Assembly (NCBI GenBank): GCA_907165135.1
Contig: OU015570.1
Coordinates: 868,001-932,000 of the forward strand
DNA from: Oikopleura dioica
Lineage: Eukaryota > Animalia > Chordata
DNA: 64,000 nucleotides
Direction: 5' to 3'
Each line of letters opens with the position of its first letter. Position 1 is the stretch's first letter. Positions 33,212 to 45,360 of the stretch are shown here, piece after piece. A program made the translations under genes and the position numbers. Below the pieces are notes generated by a model. It made no database searches. It had not been told where the DNA came from and saw only the letters and a list, made by a program, of their open reading frames with translations.

Positions 33212-35482
33212 AGCGAATCTATAAAAGTGGCCTTAACCCGTTGCCGAGCGCTCCGCTACATTGGCTTGCCGCTCGCGTAGAATCCGGAATGCTACGACTT
33301 TGAGCGCATTTTTCTCCTACTTTAACTTTGTCATTTTTCATAATTTTTACTTGTGGGTATTACCTAAACCCTAAATTCCAACTGATTCTCCAAAGAAGAA
33401 CAGAAATCTTAAATTTGAAATTCTATTTAAATTGGCTGCACTATAAAGTTCTTATAAAGATTAAAAGCGTACAGTTGTAACGCTAGATTCTCGAATCAAT
33501 CAAGGACCAACTGTAGTTCTGATTATTTCGGGCTGAATCTTATCCTGATAGCGATGAAGAAACCTCATTTCTTCGCTAAATTTAGCGGGTAAACTGTTTT
33601 TTCGAATTTGGAAAAAAATGACCATCAAAAGTGGCCTTAGAATGGACTTTTTGAGCATGACAAATTTTCGGATTTTTTCGAAAAAAAATGGCCTAAAAAT
33701 GATGGGCCTTAAAATGGGTTATCACTGTATTTACAACAAATCGTATTGATAGTTTTCTTTTGGAAGCGCAGCCCGAGTTGTGTTTAAAAAAATTCAGCGA
33801 AGATTTTGATCGAGAAGTTTCGCTATAAATGCCTGTTGAAAAGGTTGTAGGGCGGCCACGTTCTGCCGCAAAACGGCGTTCTGCAAATGCAAAATGGCGT
33901 TCTCTAAATACAGAAGGGCGTTCTGCACTCAAAAATATATGCGCTTTGCGCCTGTCTTGAAGGATATCTTAGAATTTCTTAAGTCAGGAGTTACTCTTTA
34001 AGCTTAACTGACTGCGTTTTAACTGATAAGAATCAAGTTACATCGTTAAAAAAATCCTTATGCAGAACGTGGCCGCCCGTCACCCTGTTGAAAATGCACT
34101 TAATAGCAAAAGATTTGGAAATGCATTACCAAACTTCCCGAAAAAGACCAATTTCGATTAGTCAGAGAGCCTGTGTGATAGGATACGTTTGGGAGTGATT
34201 TACTCATTTCTTGGACAAAAAATCAGAATTAATAAAAAAAATTCCGATCTCTACATCCCTCCCAAGCACGAGAAAAAATGGCGAAGAAAATCAGCAAGAA
34301 TACATAAAGGATAACAGGTAAGAGTTAGCAATCAATGTAAAAATAACGATTTGAACATAGATTTGAAACACAGTGAAAACAACGTGGCGATAATTTGCAC
34401 AGAAAAATACACGTAACTTTTGTGAATATTGTTTTTGAATTTTTCTGAATATATTTTGTGATTTTTCTTGGTGATCATTTTTAAATTTTAATGATTTTTA
34501 ATTTGGTTTTCTAAGATTTTTACACACGTATAAAATAACGAAATAATATATACTGTAGATAATCCTCTAGTGGGTAGCGCGCGCCGAATCCTGTTCTGGA
34601 AAGCGAGGCTCAATTTTGCCACTATTTTGCAGATGGAGCGCGGTGGGTACCGAATCCTTTTATGGGTAGCGACGCGATAAATTGACCTACCCAATAGTCT
34701 ATTGGCAATAGAGGATTATCTACTGTATATATACATGTCCCCTCCTAATCAAAAAGAAATAGCTAGTAGTTAAGAAATAATTGCACGTTTTTGTTAGCGA
34801 ATAAGATGATGAGGAGGGATTATTAAAAACAACATTGAGGTTTTGAGGTTAATTATAAATATATAATAATTATAAATTATAATTTATAATAGAAAGAATC
34901 AGTCGATAATGATAGCCTGGTCGATAGCTTGGTTTTCGTTGTCGTCGTTGTGGTTCAAAGTGGTATTGTCCGAAGATTTGCTGCAGTCTCGTTCAATTCT
35001 CGATGCAGTTTGGTCTTCAAATCTATAAAGAACTATTCCTTCTGCATCGGTATTAAGGTATTCTACTGTGACATCTTTTCGGGAGCGGATTTCCATTCGG
35101 AATTCTGGCGTCTCAGCTGAAGCGAGAAGCCCTTTTTTTCGACTTTTCCAGACTCTATTTTGTTCGTTAATTTCCAGAGGGTCATGTCGAGTAATTTGTT
35201 TCTCGCGCTAAAGTCCGGTTTGTGGAAACAGCGATTTTGAGTTCTTCTTGGCATTTTACTCTCTCCGTTTTCTGTTCTCTCTCAGATTTGATCTTCAGAT
35301 CTTGAGCTCTGACATTTAGCGGCCTGGTGATAAAGCGTCTGCTAATACGGCGGCTCATCGTTATCCAGAAGGATAGCAAATTTCTCAAAGGTTCAAGTAT
35401 CAGGGTACTTCAGTATGGTCGCAGTTGGTGATAATGAATTCACTGCAAACGGCAATGGAATGCTCGACGTCGTTATCAGATA

Positions 35483-36720
35483 CAGTCGACTGTGGCAATT
35501 ACGAGTGGGAGAATTACGAGTATTTTGACAAAAACCCGAAAATTTTGAAAACGAGGGATCATCGACCAAAAGTTTATTTTTTTGAAAAAAAATTGAGAAT
35601 GCTTGGCTGGGCTCTTTTTATCCTTGGCTCTGGAGTCTTTCGCTGTTCAGCAGCTTGTTGAGCAACTTCAACTTGTTGTTCAGCAATCTCCATGACCTCA
35701 ACATCTTCTTCATCGTCGTCTTGAAGCTGAAGCTGGGCGAGTTCTTCTTCGATCCTCTCGATTGAATGCCGCCTTATCTCCTCTTCTTCATTGTCGATCG
35801 TGTCGCCCTAAAGTAGTTTATAAATAAGATATAACGTTAAATAAATGAATAAATAAAAGGCAAGTTACCTGAAGCTTTGCGAATCTGGTGAGACCAGTTT
35901 TTCGCCAACAAGCCCTGACAATGCCGGGCTTCATCTCGGAACCAAGCCGGGCGACGGTCTTTACAGACAGTTCCAGCCCCGGACTGCTCTTCTGCTGCCC
36001 TTGACGAAATTTCCTCAGGAAAATTCTGTACTGATTTTTTAGGGCAGCAAAGAAGAGCATGTCCAAGGGCTGGAACTGGCCTGTGCAGCCCGGCTTAAAG
36101 TATTCGACTTGGACGTTGTGCACACCTAGTGCGACGAGGTCAATAAGATGACCCGAAAAATTGTCCAGGAGGAGAAGGTTCTTGGTGCCGGGCTTGGTGC
36201 GGGACAGATGCCTAGAGAACCTTTTAATCTCTTCCTGGAAAATTTTTCGGGTCATCCAGCCCCGTGCATTGCTGTACACAACGCCCTCGTCGAATACTTT
36301 GCACAGGACCTCGCAGCTCTCATGCTTGATTTTCCGCGCCGATTGCAAGCCCTTCCACATCGTCATCTTTGTGCCTAGAATAGATATTAATAAACAATAG
36401 AATATAATAAATAATAAATAAATATATAGAGCGAAATCACCTTTGACAATAAAACAGCTAGGATTTTCGCTCAAACTGGCGGACTAGACGTTAATGAAGA
36501 AATCGTCGTAGCGGTGCTGTATCGGTTCCGGTGGAGCGCAGATGGCGCGTACATGGGCTACGCAGAGATTTACGTAATATGTGAAACCAAGACTCCACGA
36601 GACGACGGCGCTTTTGAAAGACGTATCCGGTTTCTTCTCTACGAGTTCTACCCCGAAGAAGTATGCCCATAATTACATTGGCTTAGAGAAGCGTGTTCTC
36701 CAATTCTTATGATGCCTCGC
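35483..36720 (-). pseudogene. pogo-like (DDE_1) transposase with introns and a right TIR
   Basis: YSNARGWMT...LLLDNFSGH...FKPGCTGQFQPLD (33 aa between D2 and D3). Intron 35808-35868; last exon ends KRAQPSILNFFSKK* (stop 35574-35576). TIR CAGTCGACTGTGGCAATTACGAG after TA; first-D region degenerate. Confidence 0.88.
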
Positions 36721-37700
36721 GACAGTGCTTTTATCGGCGATTAAGCCCTTTTCCGAAGTCGCTCGCTGATTTATCATCAGAGTAACGAACAAGCGTGGGG
36801 TGACGAGTTACGGGGACAATTCTCCTATGAAATACATCAAAAAGCTTTGTCCTTCTTTTTTTGATTTATTTTTATTGAATAACTGACATTTTTCTTAGCT
36901 GTGAATCCAAATATAATAATTTTCTTCTTTAATAGAGAAGTTTTTATGTTTCTTTCAAATTCGATATCAAATAGCTTGTTTTCCGGCAACCAAGGTATGT
37001 CAGTGACGTCATAATCCCTTTTTTGTAAATTGCACATTTTTTTCTGCGCGCGCGGATAGGTTCAATCAACAATTAACGGGTTGACAATGCGCGCGGCGCA
37101 GCGGCGAGGTGTGAAGTTGGCAGCAGCGTGACGCGACGGAGTTGTAAGGGACGAAAGTGGCGCTAAGAATGGCAGCGTTTCGCGCGTCGGGCGCGGCAAG
37201 GTGTGAAGTTGGACATCCAGTGGCGCGACGGAGTGGTAAGGGGCGAAAATGGCGTTTTGGCAGGCGTTGTGCGCGCCAGCGGAGTTAAGTGTGGCGCTGA
37301 GAGCTTTAAATGTGTGAAATAAGGGAGCGTGGCGAAGCTGGCAAGAATGTTAAGCGCGACGGGAGAGAGGAGTTCTGTATGATTTCTGTTGGTTTAGAGG
37401 TTGTATTGACGAAAGCTTCTAGTTTGTTGCTCAAATGGTTGACTATCTTGATATTGATTTTCTTGACTTCTGAAACGATTGAAAATTTTCTATTTTATTT
37501 GACGCATAGACGTATTTGAAGAGAAAGAACAATATCGTAGCGACTGATATTACGGTTCATATCGCCATAGTATAGAATGATAGCGGTTTTACTTTTCTGT
37601 AGATTTCCGATAGCTCGGGATGAACAAGATCCTCGGTTTTTTCGAGTTCAGAATACATTTCTTGCGAAAAGTAACTTATTCGATTTTCAAATTTTCCGGA

Positions 37701-39038
37701 GGGTTGCAATTAGTCTGGTCCCCGAGCCAAAATTCGACCAAAATCTGAATTCTGGTCCCCCGAACCAGAATTCGTTCAAGAGTTTAATTCTGGTCCCCCG
37801 AACCAGAATTCGCCTTATTTTCTCAAGTCTGGCACGAGGGGCCAGAATTCAGCTCTTGATTTGAATTCTGGTCTTTGCGATTTGCTGATGCTGGACAAAG
37901 ATGTTAACGACAGTTCAGGTAAATGATCTTTAATAAAAACAATGTTTTTTTTTGTTTGTTTATGCTTTATAAAATATAAAATAAATGTTAAAAGTAGAAA
38001 AATAGAAAAGGTAGAAAGATTTTAAAGGTCAGATTTCTGAAAGGCATTACCGAGAATTTCAAAAATTTCGGGATAGTCAAAGGATGATTGAGCCTGATCA
38101 TGTACCAATTTAAGGAGCCTCTGAGTTGATTTCGCGGATAATTCCGTAGATCGAGATTGAGGACGAGCCTTTTCTCTGCGATCAAAATCAATAAGAAACG
38201 CCAAGTTTTTCTCGAGTATCAAAACCTTAATAAGCTGAATCCTATCAACCACTCTTTTGTTGGAGCTCTTTCGGAATAGATCTCTAAATTCACGATTAGA
38301 TCGCTCCAAACTATTGGATGTGCGATCCACAAAGAGTCCTTTGGCATCAACGAGTTCTTGATACCAAGAGAGAGATCCTGCATGAGATCTGAACCGGTTC
38401 TCGAGTGTTTCGAGTTTTTTATCGAGTACAAGTTTCATGGTTAGATTTTCTGCGTCGATCAATTTCATGTGGTTTTTATCAATTTTTGTATATTCAAAGA
38501 ATACACAATCCTTGGATTCAGCTAGGTCATTTCTCAACCATTCGATAAAATTTACTGATATGGTATCAGAAAGAAGGGGAAGAAGGCGAATAACGGAGAA
38601 ATACCGCAAAAGTAAACCTGAGGATTCAAGTTCCTTTTTGAATTTCGCAAAATCCTTCTTTCTGTTTTGAACATAATGAAAATAGCAAAACTTGCCAAAT
38701 TTTTCATTGAAAAACACGTTCTCAGCGGCTCCTTTAAGCCCACATTCTTGATCAGTAACTAAGCGAGATTGACCCGTGACATCCTTAAAAATAACCTTTA
38801 ATTTTTTAAATAACTCTTGATAATCCTCCATCTTCTTTCCAGTATGTAAACAGGCAAAGAGCAATGTATTGAAAGTGACACCAAACTTGTTCTTGAGACG
38901 TCCTTGAATGAAGAGGCATTGCTCAAATTTGCCCTTCCAAAGACTCCATAAAGATCCATCTAGGCAGGGATTGTGAGCATCAGCTGAATTTTTCATCGGT
39001 CGGAACAGATCGATGCTTTTGAGCTTATTCATTTTCAA
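37701..39038 (-). mobile_element. Mutator/MULE element: right end plus 5'-truncated transposase ORF (38022-39038)
   Basis: LDGS, Q..FI..., K.MEDY..LF, VTDQECGLKGAA..VF, CYFH, RTSNSLERSN motifs. Terminus GGGTTGCAATTAGTCTGGTCCC with palindromic GAATTCTGGT...CCAGAATT subterminal repeats. Confidence 0.88.
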
Positions 39039-39039
39039 G

Positions 39040-40045
39040 ATGCAGCAGGTTAGAGCATTATTGCTGCAGAAATTCTCATTTTTCTTATCAGTTTTTTTTT
39101 GTATGAGCGGGCGGATCTAACTGATGTGACGCCGTGATACTTGATATTGACTTCAATCATTAAGAAGATGATTCCAAAAGACCTTTGAGCGAGTCAAATT
39201 ACAGGTAGTTGACGAAGATCTTGAACATCTGAGCAGAATATTCTTTCACGTCACTTTTGAGGAGGCGGAAAAATTTGTCCGTTGAGCATAATCATAACAC
39301 AGTTTGTCCAGGCCGGTCCGAAATGAGTCGATTCGCACGCGAAGATAAATTTTGGTCATTCATAAAAGGAATTGATCATTTCCTTAAGTTCGGAGCAGAT
39401 TCGTGCCATTTCAGATTGTTTTGCGCTTTCAGAGGATTGAGCGCTGAAAATATTTTTTCTTTTGTTGAAACTTCTTCGGGGTTTTCATCTTCACTTGTCA
39501 AAGGGATTTTGAGCGTTCATTGGCTTGTTCCATCTTTGATCTCTATCTCTGACTGTATCTGTTGGGAGGCGTTCCGTTTTATTCAGTCACCAAAATATGT
39601 ACGTGTTTCTCAATGTACATAAGTTGGATACGAATATGTAGTTTATTGTTATCGCGAGCAGGATAAAAATAGTGAACGTTGTTTTGTAAAAAAGAGCAAT
39701 TTTACATAATGGTTGATGAGTGAGTTTAGTTGCAAAGCTGATCGACTTATATACTATTTCTGTGCGTACGGACAGAGCTTGGTCCGTACGGAGGTAGTAC
39801 AGTGCGTGAGGAGAAAGAGAGTTCCGTAGGGAAATGAATAATCACGTGCGTAAAGAAGTTTGTGCACAGGGAGAAAGGGCTTTACGTAGGGAGCAGGATT
39901 CTTTGTTACGGGCGTAGATAGCTTGGTCCGCGCGCAGAGAAGTCTGTCCGTGCGCAGGGAAGTCTGTCCGGGCGGAGGAGTTTGTTTGCGCAGGAGTTAA
40001 TGTAACTCCGCGCGCAGCGCGTATTGCACATTGAGATCCACTATA
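39040..40045 (-). mobile_element. multiply deleted relative of the 1-2609 retrotransposon (LTR 39596-40045, PBS, gag/pro remnants)
   Basis: LTR and PBS match copy 1; remnants SEMARICSELKEM and CE.THFGPA...IMLNG align with gag and protease. Confidence 0.85.
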
Positions 40046-41354
40046 GTAGTTTAAGCCCGATAAAATCTTGAGTAGACGACGAAATGCAACTACAAGGTCC
40101 TCATTTGGTCGGAGTCAGCGCGACTGTCATTATACAATTCACACACTCAAAAACGTAAAGATGAAAAAAAGACTTTGATTGAGCTTTTTCGAAACACGAA
40201 TGATAGAGTAGGGCCTACTCAGTAGGCATGCCCCAGTTGGAATCCAAATCAAAACATAAACTTCAACTCACATGTTTTTGATGAAGCTTTATCAAATCAG
40301 AAGAATCGAAAGAAAAGCCATAAAAGGGGCTCGGAGGGAGAAAATTTCTGTAGACAGAACTATTCTCTGCAAACAGAACTACTGTGTTTAAAACAGAAGC
40401 ATTCTGTTTGAAACAGAACAATTCTGTGTCGAGCTTATCAAAATTCATTTTGATTATGTCGTAGATAGCCTATAATACTCTGGAACTCATGTCTTAGAGT
40501 GGAAAAGGATTGACTTCAGTCGGTCTTCGAATCTTGCACCCAAAAACAATCTATAACAATGACTGCTTGTTAAAAGAAGCTGAACCGAAAAGGCTATGAA
40601 GCACCCTACGGCCCTACGCCCCTTGCGCGCACTTTCTGATAGAGAACTTATTGGGTTGGCAGGGGTAGTCTTTTTCTACCGCTGGGACTAATTTTTGGCA
40701 GCAAACAACTTCTGCATTCGCCAAAAAAAATTTTATTCTCCCGGAAAGGGGGGGGGTTGTTATCGTGAGAATAATTCTTTTTTCCACAGAATAGTTCTGT
40801 TCACAGAATTTTTCTCCCGGAGTGCCTTTTCATGTTCCCGTGCGATGACCGGATGGTGAAAATCGTATTTTTTACGTCCGAGGCCTAAGAATAGAATATT
40901 CAATAATTTTCATCAAATCCGTCAATTTTTATTAATAAAAACACATTCGAGGCAAGAAGAAGTCCACAAAACGTCTGATCGAAAAAGGAAAGATGGCACT
41001 TGAATAAGAGGTTATCGCATGAACTAATATTTTTCCCCCAATCGCAAAGGAATAGTAATTTTCTTAAATTTTCCTGGAATGTCCGGGAAATTACCAGTTG
41101 CAGCTTTTCTGGAAACAATCCAATCACGAACTTTATTTTGGATCTCCTCGAGCATGAGATTACCTTGTGAAGTTGATCGGATTAGGAGTTAATCGAAGTT
41201 GATCATGGTAAGCAACCGTTTCGACTGCGTTCTCTTTTTTCTTCTTCTTCAATACCGATAATGTTAGGCAATTAAATCGGACAGCGCACCAGTACGTCTC
41301 TCAGGACATTTTATTTGCTTAGCTGAACTATATATGGATACCCGGGAAACCTTG

Positions 41355-42000
41355 GGGGTAGGAGAATGGCGTTCCAAAAATAAGGAACGGTTCTTAAATT
41401 AAGAAACGGTTCCTAAAATTAGGAACGCAATTCTCCGAAAATTTCTCTATCTCATAAATGAAAAAACGCTGAAAATTAGGAACCGTTCGTAAAAAAATTT
41501 TCTAGAGCGACAATTTTTTTGTCCATTTTTCATATTTTTTGCCTCAGAAATCAGCAAAAACGACTTGGGTTGTGGAAAAGTCGATAATCTGTGTTTCTCA
41601 AACCCTTATTTGATAAAAATCATATAAAAACTGCTTTGAGAATCATAAAACCATTAGACCCTCACCTTTCATAGAGAGAATTCAAGTTTATTCAAGGTTT
41701 TTTTGCATTGAGTCTATTTGCTTGCCGCCAAAGACAAAAAATGCGCTTCGCGCCTGTCTTTAAGCAAATTCAAGAAATAATTTGCTTGTTTTATGAGAAA
41801 AAAAAGAGATAATTGTTTCCCCTTACCCTTACCTTAATCCTTACCCTAGCCCAAATTTTAGGAACGGTTCCGAATTTTAGGAACGCCATTCTCCACTTTT
41901 TGTTTAAGATTTTCAGCAACGGTTCCTAAAAATTAGGAACGGTTCCTAAAATTTAGGAACGGTTCCTAAAAAATTTTAGGAACGCCATTCTCTCATCCCC
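41355..42000. mobile_element. MITE with GGAACGGTTCCTAAAA subterminal tandem repeats
   Basis: GGGG..GAGAATGGCGTTCC inverted at both ends; AAACCTT on both flanks. Confidence 0.7.
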
Positions 42001-45000
42001 CAAACCTTCGGGATACTGTCAAAAATCATCGGTTTAAGTATCGGTATCAGTAGTCACGGTCAATAAGGAAATGGTCAAGTTACCAGATTTTGATCAAAAT
42101 CATAATCATTTTTATAAATCGGACATGGGTTCCGCACGATTGAACCAAAATTTTTATCTTTAATAAAATTTGGAGATTTCACCAAAATAATGCCTAGTAA
42201 TTCATTTATGGTCTTTGTTCTTCCAGAAAATCCCTCCTTAAGGGTCTCCCCAACGATTTTTTGAAACAGGATCAACTTTGAGTTAATATTTCTACTAATC
42301 GGATAGTTTTTACATAAAAATCAATTTGAATATTATTATTTGGACCCTTCTTTCTGCATTAATCGAGACCGATTTTATATATTTTGATCCGTTAATCCCC
42401 TACCGCCGCTTCAAAGAAGGTCGACTTCTGTAATCTCGGGTAACTTTGAGATCGTTTTTCTCGAAATCTACTCGTTCAAATTTCAAATTTCGAAAAGAAT
42501 TATGTTGCTTGAACACTTCTCTCTGCATTAATCGAGACAGATTTTTTATAATTATATTGAATGCATATACAAATATACAATATATAAAATGATGATTTAA
42601 ACAAAATTTGAACCAAATTTTAAGGCTCTTCTCGCTTGATTTTTCCCTAATTTCAGTCTGAACATAGTTCGATCTTTAAACAAGGCTCCAATGAGCTCAG
42701 ATTGTGCACCGATAAGTAGGTTAATCCCCTTTTCCGGCGCCAAAAGCAGGTGTTTATTCACTTACAGTGATAACCCATTTTAAGGCCGATTTTCGGATGA
42801 CAGCGAATTTCAAAAAGGCCTTAAAATGGATATTTTATGTCTCGAATTGGATGACAAAAATTTTTTCATTCTTTGGAAAAAATGATGAATGAAGGTAATG
42901 GGGTTATCGGCGATAACTTATCGCATATTTATCTCGCTGAAGAAAGTATAAATCATGGACTTTTTCCAAATGTGTCCTTCGTATTGAACTCAAGGTGATT
43001 CTTTTTTCATTATTTCAAAAATAATATTCGAAAAACACGTCTGAAAAAAGATTAACATGACAAATGCTAAGAAAAAAGATATGAAGAGATTCTAGTGAAG
43101 ACCTCAAAGAGCAGTGACGTGGAGAAGGGTTGTGACTTCCAACCTTTCGGGATCCCGAATGTTTCGGGATTTCCCGAATCTTTCGGGATTGCCCGAATCT
43201 TTCGGGAGTTTTAATGAGGATAACGTTATAAAAAATGGCACAAATGCCGAATTAGGTCATTTAACTAACCAAAAGATAACTCTATCTGCCTTCGTCGAAT
43301 TCGATGGTCTAAGAAGGCCAGACAATTTATAACTGTTTAATTTGTAGTAAAAGAGAATGTGTGCGCTCCGCGCCTGTTTTATAGAGAACTTCATGAGTTA
43401 AAGGCTCCCATGAGCTCAGATTGTGCACCGATAAGTAGGTAAATCCTCTTTTCCGGCGCCAAAAAGCAGGTGTTTTCGAGTTTTGCGCGCTCTTACAATA
43501 AGTAAAATTCATCGGAACTTTTTCAAAATGGTATCAGCAGAAAAAATTTTTCCAGCTTTCAGAAAATATGTAATTTGCTACACTTAATTGAGAATTTTGC
43601 CATTTTCACAAAGCATTTCTATCGAAGGCTAATGCATAAGCGCGCTCATAGAAAAAGCCATATCTCGAGAAGTAGATAAGATATTGAAGATCTGAAAAAA
43701 GTTCGGAATCAGAATTTCCTAAATAAGAAGAAAAATTTGAGTCACCGAATTAGACAGTCTCGGCCTCGATCGTTGGGGACACCCTTAAATGATAAAATTT
43801 GCCATTTTTCGAAGAAAAATTTATCAAAAATTCTTACGCTTTACGGCAGGACATTTTTTTGCGTTTTAAAAATTTTTCAAGAGACTCCAACTGCATTTCA
43901 TTGGTATTGCAATCTACGGAAAAATTCTATTTTCTGATAGGTGAATCGTTTTGTGCACTCGTGTTCAAAAAATTCTGGAGCCAATTCTTTCTCCAAAATC
44001 GCTTCTCTGTCCAAGGTGTTCGATTCCCGACGAAAACACTATTTTTTCATTCATTTTTTATGTTGTTACGGTCGAGAATAAGAATCTTTTGAATAAAATA
44101 AAAGTCAAAATATATCATCCCAGAAAAATCCATTTTAAGGCCACTTTTCCGGGAAACCTTCGAAACTATTCTGCATGCAGAATAGTTCTGCAAAATGCAG
44201 AATAGTTTCGTCGAAAAAGGGCTTTTTCCGACAAAATAGTTCTGCATATATGATAAACGACTTTTTATAAAAAGAGGCGCGAGAGTAGAGAAAAGCGGCC
44301 ACCTTAAGAAATGAGTTCCCTACCAGAATTTGCGCGCAAGGGCCGAAGGCCCGCCGCATGCTTTCAAACAGTGGAATTTTGTCTCTAAATGAAGATCTTC
44401 TTTTAACACGATGCAGAATACAGTGAAAACCCATTTTAAGGCCCACCCTTTTAAGGCCACTTTTTCGGAAAATCTCCAAAATCTGTCATCCTAAAAATCC
44501 ACTTTAAGGGATCCCCCATTTGTCAAGTCTTTATGACGGGTGACTATGCGGTAATTTTAGAATCCCCGTGTTCTGAGGATCATTTTGATATATTATATGT
44601 CCCCCTTACGAGCATCTTTACCCAAAATTTCGACCCTCGAAAATCGTAAAAATGCATGTAATTTGTACTTGTAATTTGAAAATCGCAATTTTTTCGACTT
44701 TTCGATGTCATCGAAAATAGACGTGTAAGGGGTCTTTCGAACGCTTACAGTGCACTGAGAAAGTTTCTGATAACCGCATTCGGATTTTCGGCCATAATGG
44801 GGTTTTTCGCGAGTATCTATGTATTCAGCCCGCTTTTTCGAGGTGTTTCCCCTTATGAAAATTTTTTTTTTAATCCGAAAGTTACAGTTTCGCTTGTAAA
44901 AGCTAGTTATCATCGACTGTGTCTTCGGCCATTTTGAAGTCGATGGCTTAAAATTCAGTGTCAGCATTGTCTGTTTCTTGAACTTGAAGCATATCTTCCA

Positions 45001-45360
45001 TCTCCATCGGAGTCCAAGGACGTGTTTCATCAATTTGAAGCGGGGAGCTACGACTCGCCGAGTCATAGCTCTCCCATTTGAAGCGCCAGAAAATGCTCGA
45101 CTAATTCTTGTTTGTCCAGAATATTTTCTGCAACATCGAGATCTTCAAACTGCTCGATTTCTTCTCGAAAATAATTTTTTGAAGTAGTCCTTTGTTGATC
45201 CATGATCGCTTGAAGATTGCTGGGTTCAAGTGCGTGAAGATTTCGATGGGGATTTTTGATCCATTTCTGATTTGTTGGCAGAAAAATATTTTTGAAAGAA
45301 TGAAAGAAAGAATCATCAAGAGTCCAATTTAAAGAACACATTTTGAATCATACTTGGTTC

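Noticed and set aside
34899-35390. Coding-like minus-strand frames beside the pogo TIR
   Set aside because: Broken frames with no recognisable motif; left unannotated.
43114-43512. ORFs conserved between 43 kb and 57.5 kb
   Set aside because: Conservation reflects the recent DNA duplication; the peptides come from palindromic micro-repeats and have no domain features.
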